IMG/VR virus record: IMGVR_UViG_3300025848_000171
Location: 1-25,854 of that record
Length of the DNA stretch: 25,854 bases
Reading direction: 5' to 3' (one strand)
From: a virus
Lineage: Duplodnaviria; Caudoviricetes
Shown here piece by piece: positions 4,680 through 12,560 of the stretch; positions within the stretch are counted from its first letter, which is position 1, and each line of letters opens with the position of its first letter. The position numbers and the translations under genes are program-made. The notes under the pieces were generated by a model. The model had not been told where the DNA came from and made no database searches. It saw only the letters and a program-made list of their open reading frames with translations.

Positions 4680-6942
4680 GCAAGTTCTCTACGGAGGCGC
4701 GGCGGGGGGCGGGAAGAGCCATGCGATCCGCATGGATGGGATCATCTCCTGCCTGCAGAACCCCGGCTTGCAGGCGTATCTCTTTCGGCGGACCTACCCG
4801 GAACTCAAGGACAACCACCTCATCCCCATCCAGCAGATGGCGATCCCCCCCGAGGTGGCGATTTGGAAGGAAACTGACCGGAAGCTGACGTTCTACAACG
4901 ACGCCTTCCTCCAGTTCTGCTTTGCCGAGGACTTGGCCGACATCTTCAAGTACCAGGGCGCGGAGATGCATTGGCTGGGCATTGACGAGGGGGCGCTCTT
5001 CCTCCCCGATCAGTTGAAGTTCCTACGCACCCGAGTGCGCCTTGGGCGCTACAAGGCGGCTCAGGAGGAGGTATTTCCGCGCATTGTCATCGGCAGCAAT
5101 CCCGGAGGCCCGGCGCACAACCTCCTGCGGGACATCTTCATCGAGCAAGCCCCGCCGATGCACTTCTTCCACGACAAGACGACCAAGACCAAGAACTCGC
5201 CGGGCTGGAGGAGCATCTACATCCCCGCGAAGATGGACGACAACCCGCACCTGGATGTGGACAGCTATGAAGGATCATTCACCGCCCTCTCCCCCGAGCG
5301 GGCCAAGGCACTACGGGACGGCGACTGGGATGTGGTTTCGGGAGCAGCCCTATCCATGCTCGACAGATCCCGGCACATGGTACGGAGCTTCAAGCCCCCA
5401 CGACATTGGACCCATCTCATGGCTATGGACTGGGGCACAGCCAAACCCTTCTCCGTTGGATGGTACTGCATATCAGAGGGAGCAACTCTGAAGGCCAAGG
5501 ACGGGTTCCCGGATGTCTACCTTCCTCCGGGCGCGAAGATCCGCTTTGCCGAGTGGTATGGCTGGAACGGCGAGGCGGACATGGGGGCTAGGATGTCTGC
5601 TGGGGCCGTGGCGCGGGAGATCCTGCGCCTTGAGCATGAGATGGAGCTACCGCCCGTGGACATCCGCGTGGCCGACCCGCAGATGTGGGCAAGCCAGGAT
5701 GGTCCCTCCCCACAAGACAACATGCGGACCGCCACCGGAGGGCGCTTCATCCTCCGTCAGGGGCGGCGAGATCGGAAGGCCAACTACACGACCATCGTGG
5801 AGCATCTCGTTGGCGAGCAGGCCAATGACGGGGCGTACCACCCGATGTTCTTCGTGACCAAGAACTGCCAGCATTTCTGGCGCACTTGCCCCGGCCTGAC
5901 GCTGGACGAGCTTGAACCCGACAAGGGACCGGCCACTCGGAGGCAGGAGGACCATTGCTTTGTAGCCGGGACGCTGGTCCAGACCAAATCTAACGGACTT
6001 GTGCCAATCGAAGACATCGTGCCGGGGGACCGAGTGTGGACGCCACTTGGCTGGCAACAAGTTCTTCGTTCCGGCTGCACGGGTCTGGAAGAGGTAGTTG
6101 AAGTCATCCACGACGGAGGTTCGTTCCGGGCCACTTCGTCGCACAAAATTCTCACTCGTCGTGGGTGGCGTACCATTGACGAACTGCGTATTGGTGATAG
6201 GATCATGTCCACCAACTCGGAGGATGATCCTGAATGTCTGAACCGCAGCATTTCCTTGGCAAGGCGTATTGGCTTTGCGGCCACTATTGGCAGCGTCGCG
6301 GCAAGCGACTTCATCGCGTGGTGTGGGAGCATCATCACGGCCCCATTCCGAAGGGGCACCATGTGCACCACATCGACGGAGACAGGTCCAACAACGACAT
6401 CTCCAACCTTGAGTGCGTGCCCGGAGGCGAGCACCTCTCCCGACACATGCGACACCCCTCAAGGGCGGCACATCTCCAGAAAGCCATTGCAGCCGCTCAG
6501 TTGGCTGCGCGCGATTGGCACGCTAGCGAAGAGGGCCGCAAGTGGCATTCGGAGCGCGGCAAGGCCAACGGACAGCTCCAAGCCCGGTTTGGTTGCAAGT
6601 GCGAAGAGTGCGGCAAGGAGTTCCTTTCAAAGCATCGCAACGCGCGCATGTGCACGCGCCTCTGCCAACAGCGCAATTGGCGACGCCGCAATCCTGGGTA
6701 TTTCTCCCATCGAAGGTCGGTCAGCCGTGTTCAACCTGTCGGTGGCACGGGTCCCGGTGTTCACGATAGGGACAATGGGTCTGATCGTGCATAACTGCTA
6801 TGACGAAGTTGGCTTCGCCCTGAGCGCCCACTCTCGGGTGACCACCGAGAAGGACCGGGTCAACGACGAGTTGATGGAACTTGCCCGCGAACTTGGGGGC
6901 GTGGTATCCGATCCCTACGCAGTCAGACGCAGGAGGGCGTGA
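4612..6942 (+). CDS. terL: Terminase large subunit precursor containing an intein (776 aa; 496 aa after splicing)
   Basis: Walker A YGGAAGGGKS, Walker B LGIDEG, motif III SNPGG, nuclease MDWG; the EDH|CYDE motif is split by the intein. Confidence 0.95.
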   Translation: MAQWSLGYQPSEKQRIFHAVKARQVLYGGAAGGGKSHAIRMDGIISCLQNPGLQAYLFRRTYPELKDNHLIPIQQMAIPPEVAIWKETDRKLTFYNDAFLQFCFAEDLADIFKYQGAEMHWLGIDEGALFLPDQLKFLRTRVRLGRYKAAQEEVFPRIVIGSNPGGPAHNLLRDIFIEQAPPMHFFHDKTTKTKNSPGWRSIYIPAKMDDNPHLDVDSYEGSFTALSPERAKALRDGDWDVVSGAALSMLDRSRHMVRSFKPPRHWTHLMAMDWGTAKPFSVGWYCISEGATLKAKDGFPDVYLPPGAKIRFAEWYGWNGEADMGARMSAGAVAREILRLEHEMELPPVDIRVADPQMWASQDGPSPQDNMRTATGGRFILRQGRRDRKANYTTIVEHLVGEQANDGAYHPMFFVTKNCQHFWRTCPGLTLDELEPDKGPATRRQEDHCFVAGTLVQTKSNGLVPIEDIVPGDRVWTPLGWQQVLRSGCTGLEEVVEVIHDGGSFRATSSHKILTRRGWRTIDELRIGDRIMSTNSEDDPECLNRSISLARRIGFAATIGSVAASDFIAWCGSIITAPFRRGTMCTTSTETGPTTTSPTLSACPEASTSPDTCDTPQGRHISRKPLQPLSWLRAIGTLAKRAASGIRSAARPTDSSKPGLVASAKSAARSSFQSIATRACARASANSAIGDAAILGISPIEGRSAVFNLSVARVPVFTIGTMGLIVHNCYDEVGFALSAHSRVTTEKDRVNDELMELARELGGVVSDPYAVRRRRA
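5956..6795 (+). mobile_element. Class 1 intein (280 aa) in TerL
   Basis: Block A CFVAGTLV, block B RATSSHKILT (TxxH), block F VFNLSV, block G IVHN followed by Cys+1. Confidence 0.95.
6234..6794 (+). CDS. HNH homing endonuclease with C-terminal Cys motifs, overprinted out of frame within the intein
   Basis: HRVVWEHHHGPIPKGHHVHHIDGDRSNNDISNLECV is a typical HNH signature, followed by CEECGKEF and CTRLC. GGAGG lies at 6219-6223. Confidence 0.9.
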   Translation: MSEPQHFLGKAYWLCGHYWQRRGKRLHRVVWEHHHGPIPKGHHVHHIDGDRSNNDISNLECVPGGEHLSRHMRHPSRAAHLQKAIAAAQLAARDWHASEEGRKWHSERGKANGQLQARFGCKCEECGKEFLSKHRNARMCTRLCQQRNWRRRNPGYFSHRRSVSRVQPVGGTGPGVHDRDNGSDRA

Positions 6943-7286
6943 TGGCGGGCGAGACAACCGAAGCAATCCGGCAAGTCGTGCGGTCCATGGATGGTGAATG
7001 GACGGTCCACGACATAGCCAAGATGATCCCCGGCGCGACCGTGGCGCGGGTTTCCTACGTCCTGAACTTCATGAAGTCGCGCGATCTCATCCGTCGTGTC
7101 GGAGGCAGGACCGAGAACAAGACCTTCGTGGCGATCTACGTCACGGCAGAGCCTGATGAGCCAACTCCCAGCATGACGAACGAGGAAATGGACCGCATCT
7201 TCGCGCGGCGCATGGGCAACCGGCGCTACGAGGACGTTTCCATCTCCATGACGGGGAAGTTCAGCCTTCTCGGGGCGTATAGGTGA
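6939..7286 (+). CDS. Hypothetical protein, possible winged-helix DNA-binding domain
   Basis: WTVHDIAKMIPGATVARVSYVLNFMKSRDLIRRVG pattern; coupled to the terL stop. Confidence 0.55.
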   Translation: MMAGETTEAIRQVVRSMDGEWTVHDIAKMIPGATVARVSYVLNFMKSRDLIRRVGGRTENKTFVAIYVTAEPDEPTPSMTNEEMDRIFARRMGNRRYEDVSISMTGKFSLLGAYR

Positions 7287-7287
7287 C

Positions 7288-8097
7288 ATGGACATCAAGT
7301 TTTTCGCGCCGACAAAGGCTCCCCACCCGCTGGGCGAGAACCTTGCGCGCAATTTCTGCAAGGGCGAATACCTTGCAGCCCACGGAGAGCCGCTCGCTCG
7401 CGTGAATCTGCACTACGGCATCCTATACGGGGGTGCGGAGATGCATGAAAAGGCGCGCCAGGAGGGCAAGCACTTCGTCCATGTTGATCACGCCTTCTTC
7501 GGGCGCAACGAAGACCTCTGGAAGGAGCAGGGGTACTTCCGTTTCTCGCTGGATCACCAGTCCAACGGTCAGAGACATACGTTGGAGGTGGATCGACCTC
7601 GCTTGGCAGCCCTTCAGTCGCGTGGATTGCTGAAGCTGGAGCCGCGCCAGAACCTCCAGAAGCGCCAGTTGATCGTCTACCAGCCGCCAAGCCACTTCAT
7701 GGTGGAGTATTTCAAGCTCCCGGCTGATTTTGACGCCGGATGGCGCGCGGAAATCCGCACCCGCTTCCCCGGAATGATGGTCGTTACGCTCCACAAGAGC
7801 CCGAAGGACGAAACCTTCTGGGAGAACACGGCAATCGTGGCCTCGTTCAACTCCGGTCTCGGTTTTGAGGCGCTCAGAAGGGGAAAAGAGGCGATCATGA
7901 CCGCTCCGCACGCAATACAGCGGCATGGTGTGCCAAGCACCCTCTGGCCCTACATGCCGGGTGACCTGACCGACCTGAAATGGGCGGAACGTCGCTTTGA
8001 GGCGTTCTGCACCATCGCCGGGCGCATGTGGAACTTCCAGGAGATGCGGAACGGCAAGGCGCTTGAGCATATGCAGCGCAATGGAGAGATCCCGTGA
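7288..8097 (+). CDS. Putative glycosyltransferase-like protein (capsule-synthesis KpsC/KpsS-like motif)
   Basis: IVASFNSGLGFEALRRGK resembles the NSxxGxEALxxGKPV motif; neighbouring genes are glycan-related. Confidence 0.45.
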   Translation: MDIKFFAPTKAPHPLGENLARNFCKGEYLAAHGEPLARVNLHYGILYGGAEMHEKARQEGKHFVHVDHAFFGRNEDLWKEQGYFRFSLDHQSNGQRHTLEVDRPRLAALQSRGLLKLEPRQNLQKRQLIVYQPPSHFMVEYFKLPADFDAGWRAEIRTRFPGMMVVTLHKSPKDETFWENTAIVASFNSGLGFEALRRGKEAIMTAPHAIQRHGVPSTLWPYMPGDLTDLKWAERRFEAFCTIAGRMWNFQEMRNGKALEHMQRNGEIP

Positions 8098-8423
8098 TCA
8101 AGGCGAAGTCCGCGAAGGCCAAGGGCCGGAAGCTGGAGCAATGGATCGTCAAGCAGTTCGAGTCACTCGGCTTGACCGCTCGTCGGCAGCCGGGATCGGG
8201 CGCGTTTGACGCATTCCCCCACGATGTCGAGGCAGTCCTCAAGGACGGCAAGCGCGTCCTAGTTGAAGCCAAGCAGCGCAAGAAGGATGCGTGGGCTACC
8301 GGGGAGCGATGGATCGGAAGTGCCGACATCCTCGTCGTGCGGATCGACCCGGAGCCGTTCAAGCCCGAGAACGAGCCGCGCGTCTACATGAAGTGGTCCA
8401 CTTTCGAGAGGCTGGTCAAGTGA
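8094..8423 (+). CDS. Holliday junction resolvase-like PD-(D/E)XK nuclease
   Basis: KAKGRKLEQ...RQPGSGA...PHDV...VEAKQRK matches the Hjc-type pattern. Confidence 0.75.
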   Translation: MIKAKSAKAKGRKLEQWIVKQFESLGLTARRQPGSGAFDAFPHDVEAVLKDGKRVLVEAKQRKKDAWATGERWIGSADILVVRIDPEPFKPENEPRVYMKWSTFERLVK

Positions 8424-8719
8424 CCCAGGTGATGACCCCGGCCCGGCTGATGGGCTACCGGCGCATGGCCGACAAGAGGCGTGGTCGCCGCTGCGGCAAG
8501 CTCCGCATCGAAGGAAACATGCATCCCTTGGTCAGGGAATTCTTTGAACTGGTGAACAGGGACGAGTTCCTGACGATGAAGTCGCTCCGGGACAAGTCGG
8601 GCCTTGAGATCGACACGATCAGCCAATGGCGATACCAGCACTCGCCGCAGCTTGTGTCTTTCGAGGCGGCACTCAACGCAGCGGGATATGAACTCTGCAT
8701 CCGAAGGAGGAAGCAATGA
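8420..8719 (+). CDS. XRE/Cro-like helix-turn-helix protein
   Basis: LTMKSLRDKSGLEIDTISQWR..SPQLVSFEAALNAAGYEL. GTG start overlaps the upstream TGA; alternative ATG at 8432. Confidence 0.6.
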   Translation: MTQVMTPARLMGYRRMADKRRGRRCGKLRIEGNMHPLVREFFELVNRDEFLTMKSLRDKSGLEIDTISQWRYQHSPQLVSFEAALNAAGYELCIRRRKQ

Positions 8720-9234
8720 GCAACCTCGCGTTCTACAAGCAGATGCACGCCGAGGGGAAGTTCCCCGGCCACTCCACCGAGAAGTGGAGCGACCAGATCG
8801 CGAAGATCATCACGGAGTTCAACATCAAGACCATCCTCGACTTCGGCAGCGGCAAGGGGATGCAATACACGGAACTCAAGCTGCATGAGAAATGGGGCGT
8901 GGAGATGCCTACGCTCTACGATCCTGCCGTGCCGGGCTTGGACAAGATCCCCAACATCATGTTGCCGTTCGACATGGTCATCTGCTGCGATGTGCTGGAG
9001 CATCTTGAGGGAGAGGAACTTCGCCAGGCGGTGTTCAACGCCACGATCCGCGCGCGCAAGCATTGCTTCTTCGGCATCGCGACCTTCCCCGCCAAGAAGA
9101 CGCTGCCAGATGGTCGCAACGCACACCTGACGCTCTGGTCGCGGGATGTGTGGATGCGCTTCATCACGGATGTTCGCTTCCAGGGGGATGCGCTCGTCCG
9201 GGTCGAGTTCGACGGAGGCGAGGATGGACGTTGA
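8716..9234 (+). CDS. Class I SAM-dependent methyltransferase
   Basis: ILDFGSGKG, YDP, FDMVICCDVLEHL. Confidence 0.85.
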   Translation: MSNLAFYKQMHAEGKFPGHSTEKWSDQIAKIITEFNIKTILDFGSGKGMQYTELKLHEKWGVEMPTLYDPAVPGLDKIPNIMLPFDMVICCDVLEHLEGEELRQAVFNATIRARKHCFFGIATFPAKKTLPDGRNAHLTLWSRDVWMRFITDVRFQGDALVRVEFDGGEDGR

Positions 9235-9967
9235 CCCGCTTCCGTATTGGATAGGTTTCGACGCTCGCGAGGTGGATGCGTTCGATGTCTGCTCGTTCTC
9301 TGCCCAGCGCAAGAGCAGCATTCCGCTTCATGTCCGTGCGCTCAATCACAAGCAACTGCGCGCGCGTGGCATATTCTCTCGCGAATGGGGCGTGAACCCG
9401 AAGACCGGGCAGATGTTCGATGTCCTTGACGGGCGTCCCTTCTCGACGGAGTTCGCATTCACTCGCTTCCTCGTCCCCGCGCTCCAGAACTACCAAGGCT
9501 GGGCGCTGTTCACCGACTGCGACATCCTCTGGCTGGACGACATCGCTGGCCTGTATGCCGAGCGGGACGACAAGTTTGCGGTGCAAGTGGTGAAGCAGAA
9601 CCACATCCCGCAGAACGACATCAAGATGGACGGTCAGGTCCAGCAGCAGTACCCGCGCAAGAACTGGTCCTCCGTGATCCTGTTCAACTGCTCCCACCCG
9701 GCCAACAAGTACCTCACGCCGAGCTACGTCAACACGATCCCCGGCAAGGAACTGCACACCTTTGCGTGGCTGCGTGACCATGAGATCGGTGACCTGTCGC
9801 CAGGATGGAACTTCCTCGTCGGACACACCAAGCACACGGTGAAGCCGCGCGCCATGCACTTCACCGATGGCGGGCCATGGTTCGAGCATCTGCGCGACGT
9901 TCCATTCGGCGGATGGTGGACGAACGAGTACGACCACATGATGAAGACCAAGGGGAGGTTCGAGTGA
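9224..9967 (+). CDS. GT-A fold glycosyltransferase (GT8-like)
   Basis: IGFDARE, STEFAFTRFLVP, FTDCD (DxD), YPRKNWSS, HFTDGGPW. GGAGG precedes ATG 9224. Confidence 0.85.
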   Translation: MDVDPLPYWIGFDAREVDAFDVCSFSAQRKSSIPLHVRALNHKQLRARGIFSREWGVNPKTGQMFDVLDGRPFSTEFAFTRFLVPALQNYQGWALFTDCDILWLDDIAGLYAERDDKFAVQVVKQNHIPQNDIKMDGQVQQQYPRKNWSSVILFNCSHPANKYLTPSYVNTIPGKELHTFAWLRDHEIGDLSPGWNFLVGHTKHTVKPRAMHFTDGGPWFEHLRDVPFGGWWTNEYDHMMKTKGRFE

Positions 9968-10590
9968 AGAAGGTTGGAGACTGGTGGCTGCCGGAAACGG
10001 ACCACCACTTTGTCGGTGATCTCAGCCAGTACCAGATGGCTGCGTATCAGTCCGCCATGAAGCATGTGAAGAAGGTCGGCACGGCCATTGATGTCGGCGC
10101 GCATGTGGGCATCTACTCCGCTCGCATGGCCGCGCAGTTCGACACGGTGTTCGCCTTTGAGCCCGACTCGGCCAACTACCCGTGCCTTGTCCGCAATACG
10201 CAGGGTCTTGGCGTACAGCAGGGCGAACGCAAGTTGCAATCCGTGATCCCGATCTACGGTGCCGCTGGAGCGCAGCGGGGGGTTGGCTCCGTGCGCGTGG
10301 ACGCTCTTGCCAATACGGGAGCGAGAGGCTTTGAAGTGGACAACGCCGGTCGAGTGCCGATGTACGCCATAGATGAGTTCAAATACACACTCCTTGGTCT
10401 GGTGAAGATCGACACGGAGGGTTTCGAGCATCGTGTGCTTGTCGGGGCCATGGAGACCCTCAAGCAGCACAAGCCGGTCCTCATCATCGAACGCCCCAAG
10501 GAGGACTCGATTAACGTCCTTCGGCTGCTCAACTACAAGCTGGTCGATGTCGTGAACAAGGACAGCATCTTCGTGGAGAAGTCCCAATGA
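9964..10590 (+). CDS. FkbM-family methyltransferase
   Basis: IDVGAHVG, FAFEPD, VKIDTEGFE...L.GA; GTGA overlap with the upstream stop. Confidence 0.85.
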   Translation: MKKVGDWWLPETDHHFVGDLSQYQMAAYQSAMKHVKKVGTAIDVGAHVGIYSARMAAQFDTVFAFEPDSANYPCLVRNTQGLGVQQGERKLQSVIPIYGAAGAQRGVGSVRVDALANTGARGFEVDNAGRVPMYAIDEFKYTLLGLVKIDTEGFEHRVLVGAMETLKQHKPVLIIERPKEDSINVLRLLNYKLVDVVNKDSIFVEKSQ

Positions 10591-12560
10591 AGCGCAAGGT
10601 CATGGTCGCCAGCAGTTGGTCCCCCGCTGGCGAGGAACTCTACGGCAGGCGCTGGCTGGAGACGGCCAAGCAATATTGGGGAGATCTGCTGGAGCCGAAC
10701 GTCATCACGGACGACAAGCTCGCCATGGACTTCGGCTTCCGGGGGTTCATGGAGCGCCACGCCGCGCGCCGCCTTGACCCCTCCCAGCCGGGCTATGACT
10801 ACCGCCAGGATCTGCTGCGGTTTGCCCACAAGGTCTTCGCGCTGAAGATCGCCCTTCAGGAGGCAGAGGAGGATGGGTTCGACTGGCTTGTCTGGCTGGA
10901 CGGCGATGTGGAGACCAAGGCCCCGATCACGGAATCCTTCCTCGACGTAATCCTCCTTGACGACCACGACGGCGTCCTCCTCTCCCGCGCCCAGAGCGCC
11001 CCGCATCCCGAGTGCGGGTTCATGGCCTTCAACCTCAAGCTCAAGGGCGGGGACTTCCTGCGGAAGTTCGTTGGGATGTACCTCAAGGACGATGTCCTGA
11101 AGCTGTCCGAACTGCACGACAGCTACGTCTTCATGGTCTGCGTCATCGCCCACATGGAGCAGGAGAAGAGCAACTGGCACGATCTTTGCAGTACCGGGCT
11201 TGGTCCGTATGGTCTGGACGCTTTCGAGGCGTCGTACCTGGATGGGGTCTTCGTCCACAAGAAGGGCAACCGCAAGTTAGGGATGACCAATGCGGAGATC
11301 GTGGAGCGGCTGCTCGCCGGTCGCCCCCATGTCCGAATCAATCCCCGCGATTTCGACGGCGAGGTGCCGGAGGACGCTGTGCCGGTCATCAACTGCGACA
11401 ACGTGTCGGTCGAGGACATCCGCCGGGCGCTGCTGGCGGTAGAGGACAAGCCGTTGATATTCATCGGCTTTTACTCCTCCGACGAGGACGGCAAGCACGT
11501 TGACACCTCGCTCTATGGCATCAATGCCGTGCGGACGGACACGATTGCCTTTGAGTCGGTCGAGCGGGCGGTGGATGGGCTGGGGTTCGTCCATGTCGCC
11601 GTGACGAAGGACTGGAAGGACATCCCGGACGACCTTCCGGTGTTCCATGTGCGGCAGATGGCTCAAGCCAAGAAGGAGCAGATCAAGGCCATCACCAACA
11701 ACTCCTACCAGACCAACATGCTGGTACAGACGCAGAACTGCGTCCCGGAGGAGACCATCCGCGCCAACATCGTGGCGAACCTTGCCCAGATCCCGGAGTG
11801 GGTGCGCTACAGCCGCCACCACATGAGGCGGGCTGTCATCGTCTCTGCCGGGCCGTCCCTTGACCTCCCCGAGACCATGGATGCCATACGCAAGGAAGTG
11901 GAGAACGGATCAATCCTCTTCTGCGTCAAGCACAGCCACAACAAGCTGATCGCAGCCGGGCTGGTGCCGTGGGGGTGCGTCCTCCTCGACCCACGCCCCC
12001 ATGAGGGCATCAGCACCCATGGCAAGCCCCGCGCCGAGCTTCTCCCGGCAGCCTATCCTGGGGTGCGCTACTTCTGCGCCTCCATGGTGGACCCTTCTAC
12101 GGTGAAGCGCCTCATGGACACGGGCGGCAAGGTCTATGGCTGGCATGCAGCGGTGGGCGCGGACGAGAAGTCCGTCCTCCCACCCGAGCATCAGAAGTTC
12201 CTGATGGGGGGTGGGTCTTCTTCTGCCGGTCGCGCTATGATACTTGCATGGCAATTCATGGGCTTCCAGTCCATCGGCCTCTACGGCTTCGACTCCTGTC
12301 ACCTTGACGAGAGCAAGCTGGACAAGGACGCGCGCCACCAGGATGGCACACCCAAATACATCCTGATGGACATGGCTGCTGGAGGCAGGAACAAGAGGTT
12401 CTGGACCGACAGGGACATCCTTTGTCAGGCGCAGGACTTCACAAGGTTCTTGCAGGAAAGCCCGTGGATTCAATGGGACGCCCACGGTCCCGGCATGGTT
12501 GCGTGGTTGTGGGAGAACACGCGCGGCAACTTGCCGAGACTTGAGGAGACCTACGGATGA
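10587..12560 (+). CDS. Multidomain protein: N-terminal GT-A glycosyltransferase plus C-terminal Maf/DUF115 (MptE-like) domain
   Basis: N-terminal RFAHKVFA..LVWLDGD..HDSYVF; C-terminal AVIVSAGPSL and GGSSSAGRAMILAW.MGFQSIGLYGFDS. Confidence 0.7.
   Translation: MKRKVMVASSWSPAGEELYGRRWLETAKQYWGDLLEPNVITDDKLAMDFGFRGFMERHAARRLDPSQPGYDYRQDLLRFAHKVFALKIALQEAEEDGFDWLVWLDGDVETKAPITESFLDVILLDDHDGVLLSRAQSAPHPECGFMAFNLKLKGGDFLRKFVGMYLKDDVLKLSELHDSYVFMVCVIAHMEQEKSNWHDLCSTGLGPYGLDAFEASYLDGVFVHKKGNRKLGMTNAEIVERLLAGRPHVRINPRDFDGEVPEDAVPVINCDNVSVEDIRRALLAVEDKPLIFIGFYSSDEDGKHVDTSLYGINAVRTDTIAFESVERAVDGLGFVHVAVTKDWKDIPDDLPVFHVRQMAQAKKEQIKAITNNSYQTNMLVQTQNCVPEETIRANIVANLAQIPEWVRYSRHHMRRAVIVSAGPSLDLPETMDAIRKEVENGSILFCVKHSHNKLIAAGLVPWGCVLLDPRPHEGISTHGKPRAELLPAAYPGVRYFCASMVDPSTVKRLMDTGGKVYGWHAAVGADEKSVLPPEHQKFLMGGGSSSAGRAMILAWQFMGFQSIGLYGFDSCHLDESKLDKDARHQDGTPKYILMDMAAGGRNKRFWTDRDILCQAQDFTRFLQESPWIQWDAHGPGMVAWLWENTRGNLPRLEETYG

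Noticed and set aside
6200-6240. Programmed frameshift fusing the intein N-terminus to the HNH
   Set aside because: An in-frame TGA sits immediately before the HNH ATG, there is no obvious slippery heptamer, and a GGAGG site favours independent initiation. A shift downstream of 6234 is not formally excluded.
5647-6471. Antisense ORFs over the intein (5647..6471, 5784..6455) as further overprinted genes
   Set aside because: No recognisable motif; long antisense frames are expected in GC-rich DNA.
5956-6795. Group I intron carrying an HNH ORF
   Set aside because: The host frame is uninterrupted and the intein splicing blocks are present, so protein splicing explains the insertion.
7150-7200. 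Second hammerhead at CTGATGAG (7153)
   Set aside because: It lies inside a CDS and has no properly placed stems or GAAA/NUH arrangement.
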